NCBI GenBank assembly: GCA_964344095.1
Contig: CAYFMB010000001.1
Location: 1-35,956, forward strand
Length of the DNA stretch: 35,956 bases
Direction of reading: 5' to 3'
DNA from: an uncultured Klebsiella sp.
GTDB taxonomy: Bacteria; Cyanobacteriota; Cyanobacteriia; PCC-6307; Cyanobiaceae
The notes beneath the pieces were generated by a model. It did no database searches. It had not been told where the DNA came from and saw nothing but the letters and a program-made list of their open reading frames with translations. Made by a program: the position numbers and the translations under genes. Positions 8,345 to 16,705 of this stretch are shown here, in pieces. Each line of letters begins with the position of its first letter. Positions within the stretch are counted from its first letter, which is position 1.

Positions 8345-8916
8345 GGGCTCAACCGCAGACCGCGGCGCAAGAGCAGGGCCAGCAGCGTGGCGCCGCAGCA
8401 CAGCACCAGCTGACCTGGCAGGGGCGCCAGGCTGTAGGAGACCACCATTTGAGGGAGCCCTTGAGGCCAGCGACCCAGCAGGCCTCCCAGCAACAGATTC
8501 AACAACCCGCAGAGCTGCAGCACCAGCAGGCCCGTGAGGCAGGCCCCGAACAGGGACAGGAGCTGGTCCATCCCGTTCTGGCGTGCCAGTCGTCCGCACA
8601 GCCAGCCAGCGGGGGCAAAGCCCACCAAGTAGCCAAACCCTGGATCGAGGACGTAACCAACACCACCGCCGCCTTGAAACACCGGCAGCTGGAACAGCCC
8701 CAGGCTCAGGTAGGCGATGGCCGCCAGCAGGGCACTGCGCGGGCCGCAGACCATGGCGCAGAGCAGCAGGGCGGGCACCTGCAGTGTCATGGGCAGGGGC
8801 AGCAGCTGCAGCGTGCCGGTGGTTGTCGGCAGGGGCAGGGCCGCACTGACCAGGCCACCCGCCAGGATCAGCATGAGCCCTGCCAGGGCTCCACTCCAGG
8901 TCGCGATCGCGCGCAA
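8341..8916 (-). CDS. bioY: biotin transporter BioY family protein
   Basis: The 191-aa polytopic membrane protein contains LQVPALLL and GGGGVGYVLDPGFGYLVGF, which are typical of BioY. Confidence 0.8.
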   Translation of the reverse strand: MRAIATWSGALAGLMLILAGGLVSAALPLPTTTGTLQLLPLPMTLQVPALLLCAMVCGPRSALLAAIAYLSLGLFQLPVFQGGGGVGYVLDPGFGYLVGFAPAGWLCGRLARQNGMDQLLSLFGACLTGLLVLQLCGLLNLLLGGLLGRWPQGLPQMVVSYSLAPLPGQLVLCCGATLLALLLRRGLRLSP

Positions 8917-8983
8917 GCCGAAAACCGATGCTCAGAGTGAAACCATCCTGCAGCAGGTAGGGTCACTTCGCTACGGGTGGGTC

Positions 8984-9211
8984 ATGGCCGATCGTGAGGG
9001 GCTGTCGGTGGGTGATGCAGTGCACCTGACGGCCCAACCTTCCTACCTCAAAACCGCCGATCCGATGCCGATGTTGCGGCCGGGCGACCTCGTGGCGATC
9101 GACGAGGTCGCCCAGGTGGTGGGTCTGCGTAGCGGCAGCCAGGTGGCGGTTCGGTTCCGACGCGGCACGTTTTTGCTTGATGCCAGCCAGCTCAGGCGTA
9201 TCGAGCCCTGA
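8984..9211 (+). CDS. DUF3148-like small conserved cyanobacterial protein (75 aa)
   Basis: The ATG at 8984 opens MADREGLSVGDAVHLTAQPSYLKTADPMPMLRPGD..VRFRRGTFLLD. The PMPMLRP core matches the DUF3148 family as I remember it. Confidence 0.6.
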   Translation: MADREGLSVGDAVHLTAQPSYLKTADPMPMLRPGDLVAIDEVAQVVGLRSGSQVAVRFRRGTFLLDASQLRRIEP

Positions 9212-9213
9212 GC

Positions 9214-10497
9214 TCAGCGGCTTAGGCAGTGACCCTCCCAGGCTGCTGCGGCAGCGCGAAGCCCGTCGGCCGGGCCGCACAGGCTCAGGCTAGGCCGCTG
9301 CAGCTGGCGCTGGGCCACGGCCTGCAGCGTCACGCCGTCGAGTTCGGCTGAGCGCTGTAGGCACTGCGCCACAAAATCTGGGGGCAAACCAAAGCCCAGA
9401 AGCAGGGCTTGTCGTTCAGCCAGCTGGCCGCAGGTTTGCCGGCCAAAGGCTTCTTGCCCCTGGTATTTGGCCTGTGCGAGCGTCAGCGCAGCAGCATCCA
9501 GCGGCTGCTGCTGCAACCGCTGCCATTCATCAAGCAGGGCCGTGGCAGCCTCGCCAGCGCGCTCGGCCGACGTCGACAGATGCCAGATGAACGGCGTCGC
9601 CCCGCGCCGCGCGGGCATGTGCACGCCCACGTCATAGGCCAGGCCACGCTCTTCGCGCATGGCCACGAACAGCCGGCTCGACATGCCCAGCCCCAGATGG
9701 GCCTGCAACAGGCGCAACGGCAGGTTGTCGTCATGCCCCAGGGGCACGGTGCGGCAACCGAGCATCAACACGACCTGCTCGGTCTCCTGTTCCACCAGGG
9801 TTAGACGTTCGCCGCTGACCGCGTCGTCGAGCAGTAGCGGCTGACCAGGTTCGGCCGCCTGCCAGCGTTGCTGCTGCGCCGCATCCTGAAGGCCGAGTGC
9901 GCAATCGGGAGGCAGTGAACCGCACAGCACCAGGGCTGCTCCGTGCTCGCCCAGACGTTGCAGCAGGGCCGAGAGCTCGGTCCGCTGCAGGCTCTCGAGC
10001 TCGTCGGCCACACCGAGCGGGTCATGGCCGTAGGGACCGCTGCCATAGAGCTGCTGGCGTAGGGCCTCATGGCACAGCTGAAAGGGATCTTCGCGCTGCC
10101 GTTGCAGGGCCTGCAGGTTGAGCTGTTGCTCGATGGCGATCTGATCGTCAGCCAGGCTGCTGGCTGACGCCATCTGCAGCAGCAGTGGCAGCAACGCCGT
10201 GGCATCGTCGCTGGCGCACTTGAGACTGATCACCAAACTGTCTTCGCCCGCCTCAGCGCGCAGGGCTGCGCCGCGCCCCTCAACCAGATCGGCCAGGGCC
10301 TCGGCATCAAGATCGCCGCATCCGCGGGTCATCAGACCGGCGAGCAGTTGATGGGCGCCGCGCTGTCCCAGCGGATCAAGGCTGCTGCCACCTGCGATCC
10401 AGAGCCGTGCCGACAGCAGACCTGGAGACGGTCGGCACTGCTGGCTCAGCAGCAATCCACCGGGCAGATGAATCTGATCCCATGCTGCAGTGCTCAT
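9214..10497 (-). CDS. M16 family peptidase-like protein, probably the non-catalytic partner subunit
   Basis: The 427-aa protein has the M16 layout, but the zinc motif position reads AHQLLAG rather than HxxEH. Its start forms an ATGA overlap with the stop of the upstream M16 gene. Confidence 0.8.
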   Translation of the reverse strand: MSTAAWDQIHLPGGLLLSQQCRPSPGLLSARLWIAGGSSLDPLGQRGAHQLLAGLMTRGCGDLDAEALADLVEGRGAALRAEAGEDSLVISLKCASDDATALLPLLLQMASASSLADDQIAIEQQLNLQALQRQREDPFQLCHEALRQQLYGSGPYGHDPLGVADELESLQRTELSALLQRLGEHGAALVLCGSLPPDCALGLQDAAQQQRWQAAEPGQPLLLDDAVSGERLTLVEQETEQVVLMLGCRTVPLGHDDNLPLRLLQAHLGLGMSSRLFVAMREERGLAYDVGVHMPARRGATPFIWHLSTSAERAGEAATALLDEWQRLQQQPLDAAALTLAQAKYQGQEAFGRQTCGQLAERQALLLGFGLPPDFVAQCLQRSAELDGVTLQAVAQRQLQRPSLSLCGPADGLRAAAAAWEGHCLSR

Positions 10498-11780
10498 GCC
10501 GGCACCGCCTCGAGCACACAGGCCCGTTGGGGTTGGAGCAGAGCAAAGCTGCGTTGCAGGTCAGCAGGCTGAAGTCTTTGCAACACCTGCAGCGGTTCGC
10601 TGAGATCGCTGGGCCGCTGCCACAGGGCGACATTGCCGATCACCGCGGCGATACCCGCCGGGGCCTCAAGTCCAAAGCGGTACCCATTGGCGACCAGTCT
10701 GTGACCCCGTTCCCACTCGGGTCTCATGGGCAGCTCGAGCTGCACCTGCTCGAGCACGGCCGTGACCTGTTGACGCACCTCGGGTAGATCGTCGGGATCG
10801 CAGACCGCCTCGAGCAGAGCCAGGCTGCCGAATTCGAGAACCTGCAAATCCAGGTCGATGCTTTCGACCAGGCGCAGCTGCTCACGCAGTCGCTCCACCA
10901 ATCGGCTGCGGCGCCCCTCGGCCAGCAGGCTGGTGGCTAGATCCATGCCGGCCACCGCTGTGCGATCGGCGGCACCCGGCAGGGACCAGGCCATCAGAAG
11001 GCGTGCCGCCTCGAGCCGAGCGAAGCTGCGGCGGTGTACCCCGGGGATCAGGCTGAGGCTGGGAGCAACAGGCAGATGGGCTGCCGGCGGCAACGCACCC
11101 AAAAGCGAACCGGCAAGGTGCTCCAGCAGTGGCTGCAGCACCTCGGGGTTGAGGGGACCGCTCAGGGCCAGCACGCAGGCCTCGGCGCGGTAGAGGCGCT
11201 GCTGGAACCGGCGCAGGTCGTCACTGCTGTGGGCTTCAAGCTGTCGCCGCTCACCAAGGATCGGCCGGCCGTAGGGATGGCTGCCGCAACCCAGTTCCAG
11301 CAGGGTCTGCAGGGCCATCTCATCGGGTTGGTCCTGGCTCTGGGCCAGTTCCTCGAGCACCACCTGGCGCTCCATGTCGAGATCGTCGCTGTCCAGACGG
11401 GGCTGCAGCACCAGATCGAGCAGCAGATCGCAGGCTTCGCCCAGGGCCTGCGGGGGAACCAGTACGTGGTAGTGGACATCATCGAAACCGGTTGCCGCGT
11501 TGCTGCTGCCGCCCAGTGCCTCGACCCGCAGATCGAAGAGTCCGGCGGGCTGCTGCTCACTGCCCTTGAACACCATGTGCTCGAGCAGGTGGGCCATGCC
11601 GCTTTCGCTTGCGGTCTCAAAGGCGCTGCCGGCACGACACCACAAGTCGATGCACACCAGGGGTGCATCGGCTACAGGCAGTGCCACCACACGGGCTCCC
11701 GTGGGCAAGGTCCAGCTCTGCACCGGTTCCAGACCGGGGATCAGGCTGCTGAACGCAGTCGGGGGCACGGCAAGACCCAT
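10494..11780 (-). CDS. M16 family zinc peptidase (processing protease), catalytic subunit
   Basis: The [11 protein letters not shown] inverted zinc-binding motif is present. I chose the ATG at 11780 (MGLAVPP...). The ORF extension to 12305 runs antisense through pcyA and is rejected. Confidence 0.85.
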   Translation of the reverse strand: MGLAVPPTAFSSLIPGLEPVQSWTLPTGARVVALPVADAPLVCIDLWCRAGSAFETASESGMAHLLEHMVFKGSEQQPAGLFDLRVEALGGSSNAATGFDDVHYHVLVPPQALGEACDLLLDLVLQPRLDSDDLDMERQVVLEELAQSQDQPDEMALQTLLELGCGSHPYGRPILGERRQLEAHSSDDLRRFQQRLYRAEACVLALSGPLNPEVLQPLLEHLAGSLLGALPPAAHLPVAPSLSLIPGVHRRSFARLEAARLLMAWSLPGAADRTAVAGMDLATSLLAEGRRSRLVERLREQLRLVESIDLDLQVLEFGSLALLEAVCDPDDLPEVRQQVTAVLEQVQLELPMRPEWERGHRLVANGYRFGLEAPAGIAAVIGNVALWQRPSDLSEPLQVLQRLQPADLQRSFALLQPQRACVLEAVPA

Positions 11781-11813
11781 GGCAGGATCTGCATTCTGCT
11801 GGTCTTGCCACCG

Positions 11814-12527
11814 ATGAGTCTCCATCCCCTGATGGAATCGCTGGCTGCGTGCATTCGCAAGCGCTGGCAGTCGCTTGCGGAGCTGGCGCCTTTGCCGTTG
11901 GCCGACGATCTCGAGGAGATCAGCGGCAGCCTCGATGGCGAGGCTCTGTTCATTCGCAATGAACTGGCCCGTGCCCGTGGACTGCGCAAGCTGCATCTCG
12001 AAACGGCGCGGCTGGGGGCTGGACTGCAGATCTTGCATTGCGTCTGGTTTCCTGACCCGCGTTTTGATCTGCCTGTCTTTGGGGCCGACGTGGTGGCCTC
12101 GCCGGCCGGGGTGTCGGCGGCGATCGCCGACCTCTCGCCGACCGGCCCCGCTCTGCCCGGGTTGATCGAGCGCGCCCTGCAGGCCGAACCAGTGCCGGCC
12201 TTTCGCGGCCGCCGCGAGCTGCCGCCCTGGGGCTCGATCTTCTCGCCCCATGTCTGTTTCATCAGGCCTGATGGCCCCGATGAGGAGACCGGCTTTGTCG
12301 ATCATGTCGATCGTTTGTTGGCGTTGTTGGCCAGCTGCATCGCCCAGAGCGATCCCGACCCTGTGGATGCGCCCGCTACGGTTGAACGCTGGCGCGCCCA
12401 GCTCAGCTATTGCCAGCAGCAGAAACGCAACGACAAGACCCGGCGCGTGCTGGAGAAGGCGTTCAACCCCGCCTGGGCAGAGCGCTACATCGAAGAACTG
12501 CTTTTCGACGATCCACCGCAGCCTTGA
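11814..12527 (+). CDS. pcyA: phycocyanobilin:ferredoxin oxidoreductase
   Basis: Motifs [38 protein letters not shown] and [11 protein letters not shown] fit the ferredoxin-dependent bilin reductase family, PcyA type. I chose the ATG at 11814 inside the longer ORF. Confidence 0.8.
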   Translation: MSLHPLMESLAACIRKRWQSLAELAPLPLADDLEEISGSLDGEALFIRNELARARGLRKLHLETARLGAGLQILHCVWFPDPRFDLPVFGADVVASPAGVSAAIADLSPTGPALPGLIERALQAEPVPAFRGRRELPPWGSIFSPHVCFIRPDGPDEETGFVDHVDRLLALLASCIAQSDPDPVDAPATVERWRAQLSYCQQQKRNDKTRRVLEKAFNPAWAERYIEELLFDDPPQP

Positions 12528-12529
12528 CC

Positions 12530-13465
12530 GTGACTCTTCGTCAGCTGCCCAAGCCGCTCTGGTGGGCTTCGGGTGTGGTGCTGCTTCTGATCGTGGTCGT
12601 CAGTCTGCTGCGCTCCCAGGGTCAGCCCGCCACCAAGCCTGACAACGCTGCAGCGGCCGTCACCGCGTCACAGTCAGCGACTGGCTCAGGCATGCAGAAA
12701 GTGGCCGCCCTCGGTCGGTTGGAGCCGGCTGGCGATGTACGCACCCTGGCCGCCCCCACAGGCGGCATGGGGGCCAGCCCGCGTCTGGCCCAGCTGCTGG
12801 TCAAGGAGGGAGATTGGGTCAGACGCGGCCAGGTTCTGGCCAGTTTCGATAATCGCCCCGGCCTGCTGGCCCAGAGGCAGCTGCTTCAGGCCCGCATCGT
12901 CAGCCTGCAGACCCAGACTCGCCTGTTGCAGGGGCAGATCGGCCGCTATCGCAGCGTGGCGCGCTCGGCCATCAACCCGGCTGCTGATCTCGATACCCGT
13001 GAGTTACAGCTCACCGACCTGCGCGGTCGGCTGAATGAAGCGCGGGCTGAATTGCAGAAACTCAACACCGATCTCGATCTCAGCGAATTGCGCTCGCCGA
13101 TCGATGGCGTGGTGCTCAGCGTCTTTACCCAGCCTGGCGAGCGTCCTGACAACCGCGGCATCCTTGAAGTCGGCGCCAACCAGCGCATGGAGGCGATCGC
13201 CGAGGTCTACGAAAGCGACATCGCGCGCATCCATCTGGGGCAGCGAGTCCAACTCGAGAGTGAGAGCGGTGGTTTCCAGGGCGTGATCGATGCCCAGGTG
13301 CTGCGCATCAGCCCCCAGGTGCGGCAGCGCCAGGTGCTCAGCACTGATCCCAGTGCCGATGCCGATGCACGCATCGTCGAGGTGCGACTGGCGATCCCTC
13401 CTGGGGAATCGCAGCGGCTGCGCACTCTGGCCGGCCTCAAGGTCATCGCCCGTTTTCAGCCCTGA
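12530..13465 (+). CDS. devB: ABC exporter membrane fusion protein, DevB/HlyD family
   Basis: It has an N-terminal TM segment, a coiled-coil centre, and the beta-barrel/lipoyl-like segments RSPIDGVV and VDAQV. The GTG start lies 3 nt after the pcyA stop, and devC and devA follow. Confidence 0.75.
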   Translation: MTLRQLPKPLWWASGVVLLLIVVVSLLRSQGQPATKPDNAAAAVTASQSATGSGMQKVAALGRLEPAGDVRTLAAPTGGMGASPRLAQLLVKEGDWVRRGQVLASFDNRPGLLAQRQLLQARIVSLQTQTRLLQGQIGRYRSVARSAINPAADLDTRELQLTDLRGRLNEARAELQKLNTDLDLSELRSPIDGVVLSVFTQPGERPDNRGILEVGANQRMEAIAEVYESDIARIHLGQRVQLESESGGFQGVIDAQVLRISPQVRQRQVLSTDPSADADARIVEVRLAIPPGESQRLRTLAGLKVIARFQP

Positions 13466-13468
13466 GCG

Positions 13469-14662
13469 ATGCGGATTGATCCGGCCCGCGCATTGGTTGC
13501 ACTGTGGCGAAGCCGCGCCATTCCCCTCGCTTGGTTGCTGCTGGCCCGCCAGCCCATGCGGCTGGCCGTGGCCCTGGCTGGGATCGCCTTTGCCGGCATC
13601 CTGATGTTCATGCAGCTGGGTTTCCGTGACGGTCTCTTCGAAGCCAGCGTCACGGTGCACAAGCTGTTCGATGCCGATGTGGTGTTGCTTTCACCGCGCA
13701 CCATGAGCTCGATCGGCATGGCCAGCTTTCCGCGCCGACGGCTGGTGCAGGCCCTGGCCGACCCCGACGTCGTCGGCATCAGCCCTGTGAACTGGAACCT
13801 GCTGCTCTGGCGCAACCCCGAAGCTCGCACCACCCGCTCAATCCTGACCCTGGCGGTGGATCCGGATGATCCGATCTTTCTTGATGCACGGATCCGGCAA
13901 CAAGCCAAGAGCCTGCATGCCTTCGGTCGGGTGTTGTTTGACGAACGCTCACGCCCCGAGTTTGGTCCGATCGCGGCCTGGCTCGGCCAGGGCCGCACGG
14001 TGGAGACCGAGATCTCAGGCCAGCGCATCCGCGTGGCCGGTCTGGTCTCGTTGGGGCCGTCGTTCGGTGCCGACGGCAACATGATCACGAGTCGCGAGAC
14101 CTATCTCCGGTTGATGCCCTCGACCCCGCCGGGCAGCATTGAACTGGGCTTGGTCAGACTGAAACCAGAAGCCGATGCCGCTGTCGTGGCTGCCCGTCTG
14201 GCCCGTGAGCTGCCACATGATGTGCGGGTGCTGACCAAGAGCGGCTTTGAGGAGCTGGAAAAGACCTATTGGCGCACGAGCACCGCGATCGGCTTCATCT
14301 TCACCCTGGGTGCCGCCATGGGCTTTGTGGTGGGCTGCGTCATCGTTTATCAGATCCTTTATTCCGATGTGAGTGACCACCTTCCCGAGTACGCCACCCT
14401 GATGGCGATGGGCTATCGGCTGAGCTCGCTGCTTGGTGTGGTCGCCCGCGAGGGGTTGTTGCTGGCAGTGCTCGGCTACGTGCCTGCCTACATCGCCGGC
14501 CAGGGTCTTTATGCCCTGGTGCGCAGTGGCACACGCCTGCCGGTGGTCATGGATCCCCAACGGGCGGTGCTGGTGTTCACCATGATCCTGGTCATGTGCA
14601 TGGGTTCGGCCGCGATGGCCATGCGACGCCTGGGCGATGCCGATCCCGCTGAAATCTTCTGA
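13469..14662 (+). CDS. devC: ABC exporter permease, DevC family (FtsX-like)
   Basis: The 397-aa protein has an N-terminal TM segment, a large periplasmic domain and a C-terminal FtsX-type 3-TM bundle. It sits between a DevB-like and a DevA-like gene. Confidence 0.8.
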   Translation: MRIDPARALVALWRSRAIPLAWLLLARQPMRLAVALAGIAFAGILMFMQLGFRDGLFEASVTVHKLFDADVVLLSPRTMSSIGMASFPRRRLVQALADPDVVGISPVNWNLLLWRNPEARTTRSILTLAVDPDDPIFLDARIRQQAKSLHAFGRVLFDERSRPEFGPIAAWLGQGRTVETEISGQRIRVAGLVSLGPSFGADGNMITSRETYLRLMPSTPPGSIELGLVRLKPEADAAVVAARLARELPHDVRVLTKSGFEELEKTYWRTSTAIGFIFTLGAAMGFVVGCVIVYQILYSDVSDHLPEYATLMAMGYRLSSLLGVVAREGLLLAVLGYVPAYIAGQGLYALVRSGTRLPVVMDPQRAVLVFTMILVMCMGSAAMAMRRLGDADPAEIF

Positions 14663-14669
14663 CGTGGTG

Positions 14670-15386
14670 ATGCCCTCCAGCACCGAGATCAGCGGCGGTT
14701 CCGCCATCGCTGTTGACGGCCTCAGCCATTGGTTCGGCCGAGGTGATGCCCGCCGCCAGGTGCTGCAGGCGGTCGACCTGACGATCCATCGCGGCGAAGT
14801 GGTGCTGCTGACCGGGCCCTCGGGTTGCGGCAAGACCACCCTGCTCACTCTGGTGGGGGCCTTGCGTCAGGTGCAGGCTGGCTCGGTGCGTCTGTTTGAC
14901 CAGCAGTTGCTGGGGGCCGATCGCCGCCAGCGCCAACAGCTGCGGCAGCGCATCGGCATGATTTTCCAGGGGCACAATCTGCTGCGCTGTCTCACCGCCG
15001 AGCAGAACGTGCAGATGGGTGCCGATCTGCTCGACGGACTCGGCTACCGCGCCCGCCGCGATCAGGCCCGCGAGTGGTTGCGTGCCGTTGGCCTTGGCGA
15101 TCACCTCGGCAAGCTGCCCCACGACCTCTCGGGCGGACAGAAGCAGCGCGTCGCGATCGCCCGGGCCCTGGCGGCCCGGCCCGAGCTGCTGCTGGCCGAT
15201 GAACCCACCGCTGCCCTCGACAGCCGCAGCGGACGCGAGGTGGTCGATCTGCTTAAGCGTCTGGCGCGTGAACAGGGATGCGCGGTGCTGATGGTGACCC
15301 ACGATCCCCGCATCCTCGATGTCGCTGATCGTCTGCTGCGCATGGAGGACGGCCGTCTGTTTGCGCAGTTGCAGGAGGCCGCATGA
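14670..15386 (+). CDS. devA: ABC exporter ATP-binding protein, DevA family
   Basis: It carries Walker A GPSGCGKTT, the signature LSGGQKQRVAIARAL and Walker B LLLADEPT. I chose the ATG at 14670, just after the devC stop; the ORF opens at 14637. Confidence 0.85.
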   Translation: MPSSTEISGGSAIAVDGLSHWFGRGDARRQVLQAVDLTIHRGEVVLLTGPSGCGKTTLLTLVGALRQVQAGSVRLFDQQLLGADRRQRQQLRQRIGMIFQGHNLLRCLTAEQNVQMGADLLDGLGYRARRDQAREWLRAVGLGDHLGKLPHDLSGGQKQRVAIARALAARPELLLADEPTAALDSRSGREVVDLLKRLAREQGCAVLMVTHDPRILDVADRLLRMEDGRLFAQLQEAA

Positions 15387-15424
15387 GTAAGCTCAATGAA
15401 CTGTCTTCCCTTTGACATCACCGC

Positions 15425-15580
15425 ATGGCCAAGCGCAGAAATCTGAAGAAGGAAAAGCAAGAGCGCAACAGGGCCTACGCCCGCAAGTTCAAGAAGCGCA
15501 AGCTGCGCAACGACGGCCGCGGTGAGGGTGCTGGCAACGGTGTCACCGGCACAGCCAGCAACGGCGGCGCAGCTGACTGA
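15425..15580 (+). CDS. candidate small highly basic protein (51 aa), not in the supplied ORF track
   Basis: The ATG at 15425 opens MAKRRNLKKEKQERNRAYARKFKKRKLRNDGRGEGAGNGVTGTASNGGAAD, ending at a TGA. The stretch is locally purine- and AT-rich in a GC-rich genome. An intrinsic terminator starts 30 nt after the stop. Confidence 0.4.
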   Translation: MAKRRNLKKEKQERNRAYARKFKKRKLRNDGRGEGAGNGVTGTASNGGAAD

Positions 15581-15610
15581 TTCGACCCTTCAGCAGTTTG
15601 CACGGGTGAT

Positions 15611-15637
15611 GGGCGCCGATCGGGCGCCCTTTTTTTT
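15611..15637 (+). terminator. rho-independent terminator
   Basis: GGGCGCC-GATCG-GGCGCCC forms a 7-bp all-GC stem with a 5-nt loop, followed directly by eight T residues (15630..15637). Confidence 0.75.
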
Positions 15638-15651
15638 GACACAGGCTGATC

Positions 15652-16578
15652 ATGTTCCTCAGCGTCGTCATTCCGACCTACAACCGCCTGCCGATCCTGC
15701 AGAAATGTCTGCTGGCTCTCGAACAGCAGCGCCTGGCAGCCCCCATCGATGGTTATGAGGTGGTGCTGGTCGACGATGGCTCGACCGATGCAACCGTCGC
15801 CTGGGTGCGCGAGCAGGCCCATCAATTACCTCACGTTCAGCTGATCTGTCAGGACCACGGTGGACCGGCCGAAGGCCGCAACCGGGGCGTGGCCGCTGCC
15901 CGCGGCGACGTGATCGTGTTCATCGACAGCGACCTGGTTGTGACCGATGGGTTTCTGATGGCCCATGCGACGACCCTGAGCGACGCATGGCACCGCAGTG
16001 GCCATAGGCGTTGCTTCACCTATGGAGCAGTGATCAACACCGCCAATTTCGACAACCCGACCGCTGAACGTCACAAGCTGCGCGACTGGTCCGGGGCGTA
16101 TTTCGCCACAGGGAACGTGGCGATTGCCCGCGAGGTGCTTGAACAGGCGGGCCTGTTCGATACGGCCTTCCGGCTTTACGGCTGGGAAGACTTGGAGCTG
16201 GGCGAGCGCCTGCGCCGCCTTGGCGTACGGCTGATCCGCTGTCCTGAGGCTGTCGGCTATCACTGGCACCCACCGCTGAGCCTGGCTCAGATCCCCCGTT
16301 TGATTGAGGTGGAGCGCGAGCGCGCCCGCATGGGGCTTGTCTTCTACCGCAAGCATCCCACCCGCCGGGTTCGTCTGATCATTCAGTACACCTGGATGCA
16401 CCGCCTGCTCTGGGAGCTGCTCACCCTGGGAGGTCTGCTCAACGAACGCAGCCTGCGGCCGTTGCTCGCTTGGCTGATCGACCATGGCCAGGCTGCGTTA
16501 GCGATGGAGCTGTTGCGCCTACCGCTCAACCGCATCGGTGTGCGCAGTCTCTTTCGCGAGGCCCGCGGCGTCATTTGA
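15652..16578 (+). CDS. family 2 glycosyltransferase
   Basis: The N-terminus MFLSVVIPTYNR, then VVLVDDGSTD and FIDSDL (a DxD-like motif), indicate a GT-A fold GT2 enzyme. Confidence 0.85.
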   Translation: MFLSVVIPTYNRLPILQKCLLALEQQRLAAPIDGYEVVLVDDGSTDATVAWVREQAHQLPHVQLICQDHGGPAEGRNRGVAAARGDVIVFIDSDLVVTDGFLMAHATTLSDAWHRSGHRRCFTYGAVINTANFDNPTAERHKLRDWSGAYFATGNVAIAREVLEQAGLFDTAFRLYGWEDLELGERLRRLGVRLIRCPEAVGYHWHPPLSLAQIPRLIEVERERARMGLVFYRKHPTRRVRLIIQYTWMHRLLWELLTLGGLLNERSLRPLLAWLIDHGQAALAMELLRLPLNRIGVRSLFREARGVI

Positions 16579-16705
16579 TAGTTTGGCCGGGTCAACGAAC
16601 ACCGCACACCTGCGTGTTTCGGGTGATCGCCCGGGTTTCAGGACCTTGTCCTGAGCGACGGCCGATCCCTGGCAGGTGGAGGCAAACCCGAAACCCCCAA
16701 CCGTC

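Noticed and set aside
11781-12305. A 175-codon N-terminal extension of the M16 peptidase ORF
   Set aside because: It runs antisense through pcyA. The M16 homology begins only after the internal ATG at 11780.
15412-15417. Perfect TTGACA hexamers just upstream of the small ORF (15412..15417) and of the GT2 gene (15636..15641)
   Set aside because: No acceptable -10 hexamer follows at 16-18 nt spacing. Each lies only 7-10 nt from the start codon, so they are unlikely to be -35 boxes for these genes.
15475-15825. A 116-aa minus-strand ORF spanning the small basic ORF, the terminator and the GT2 start
   Set aside because: It would read through a plus-strand terminator and overlap the well-supported GT2 N-terminus. 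It has no motif.
16676-16705. A GTG-initiated 10-codon extension of rpsB
   Set aside because: S2 proteins start at the MAVV/MPVV..LxExxxxGxHFGHQ segment, and the extension (EANPKPPTV) has no counterpart.
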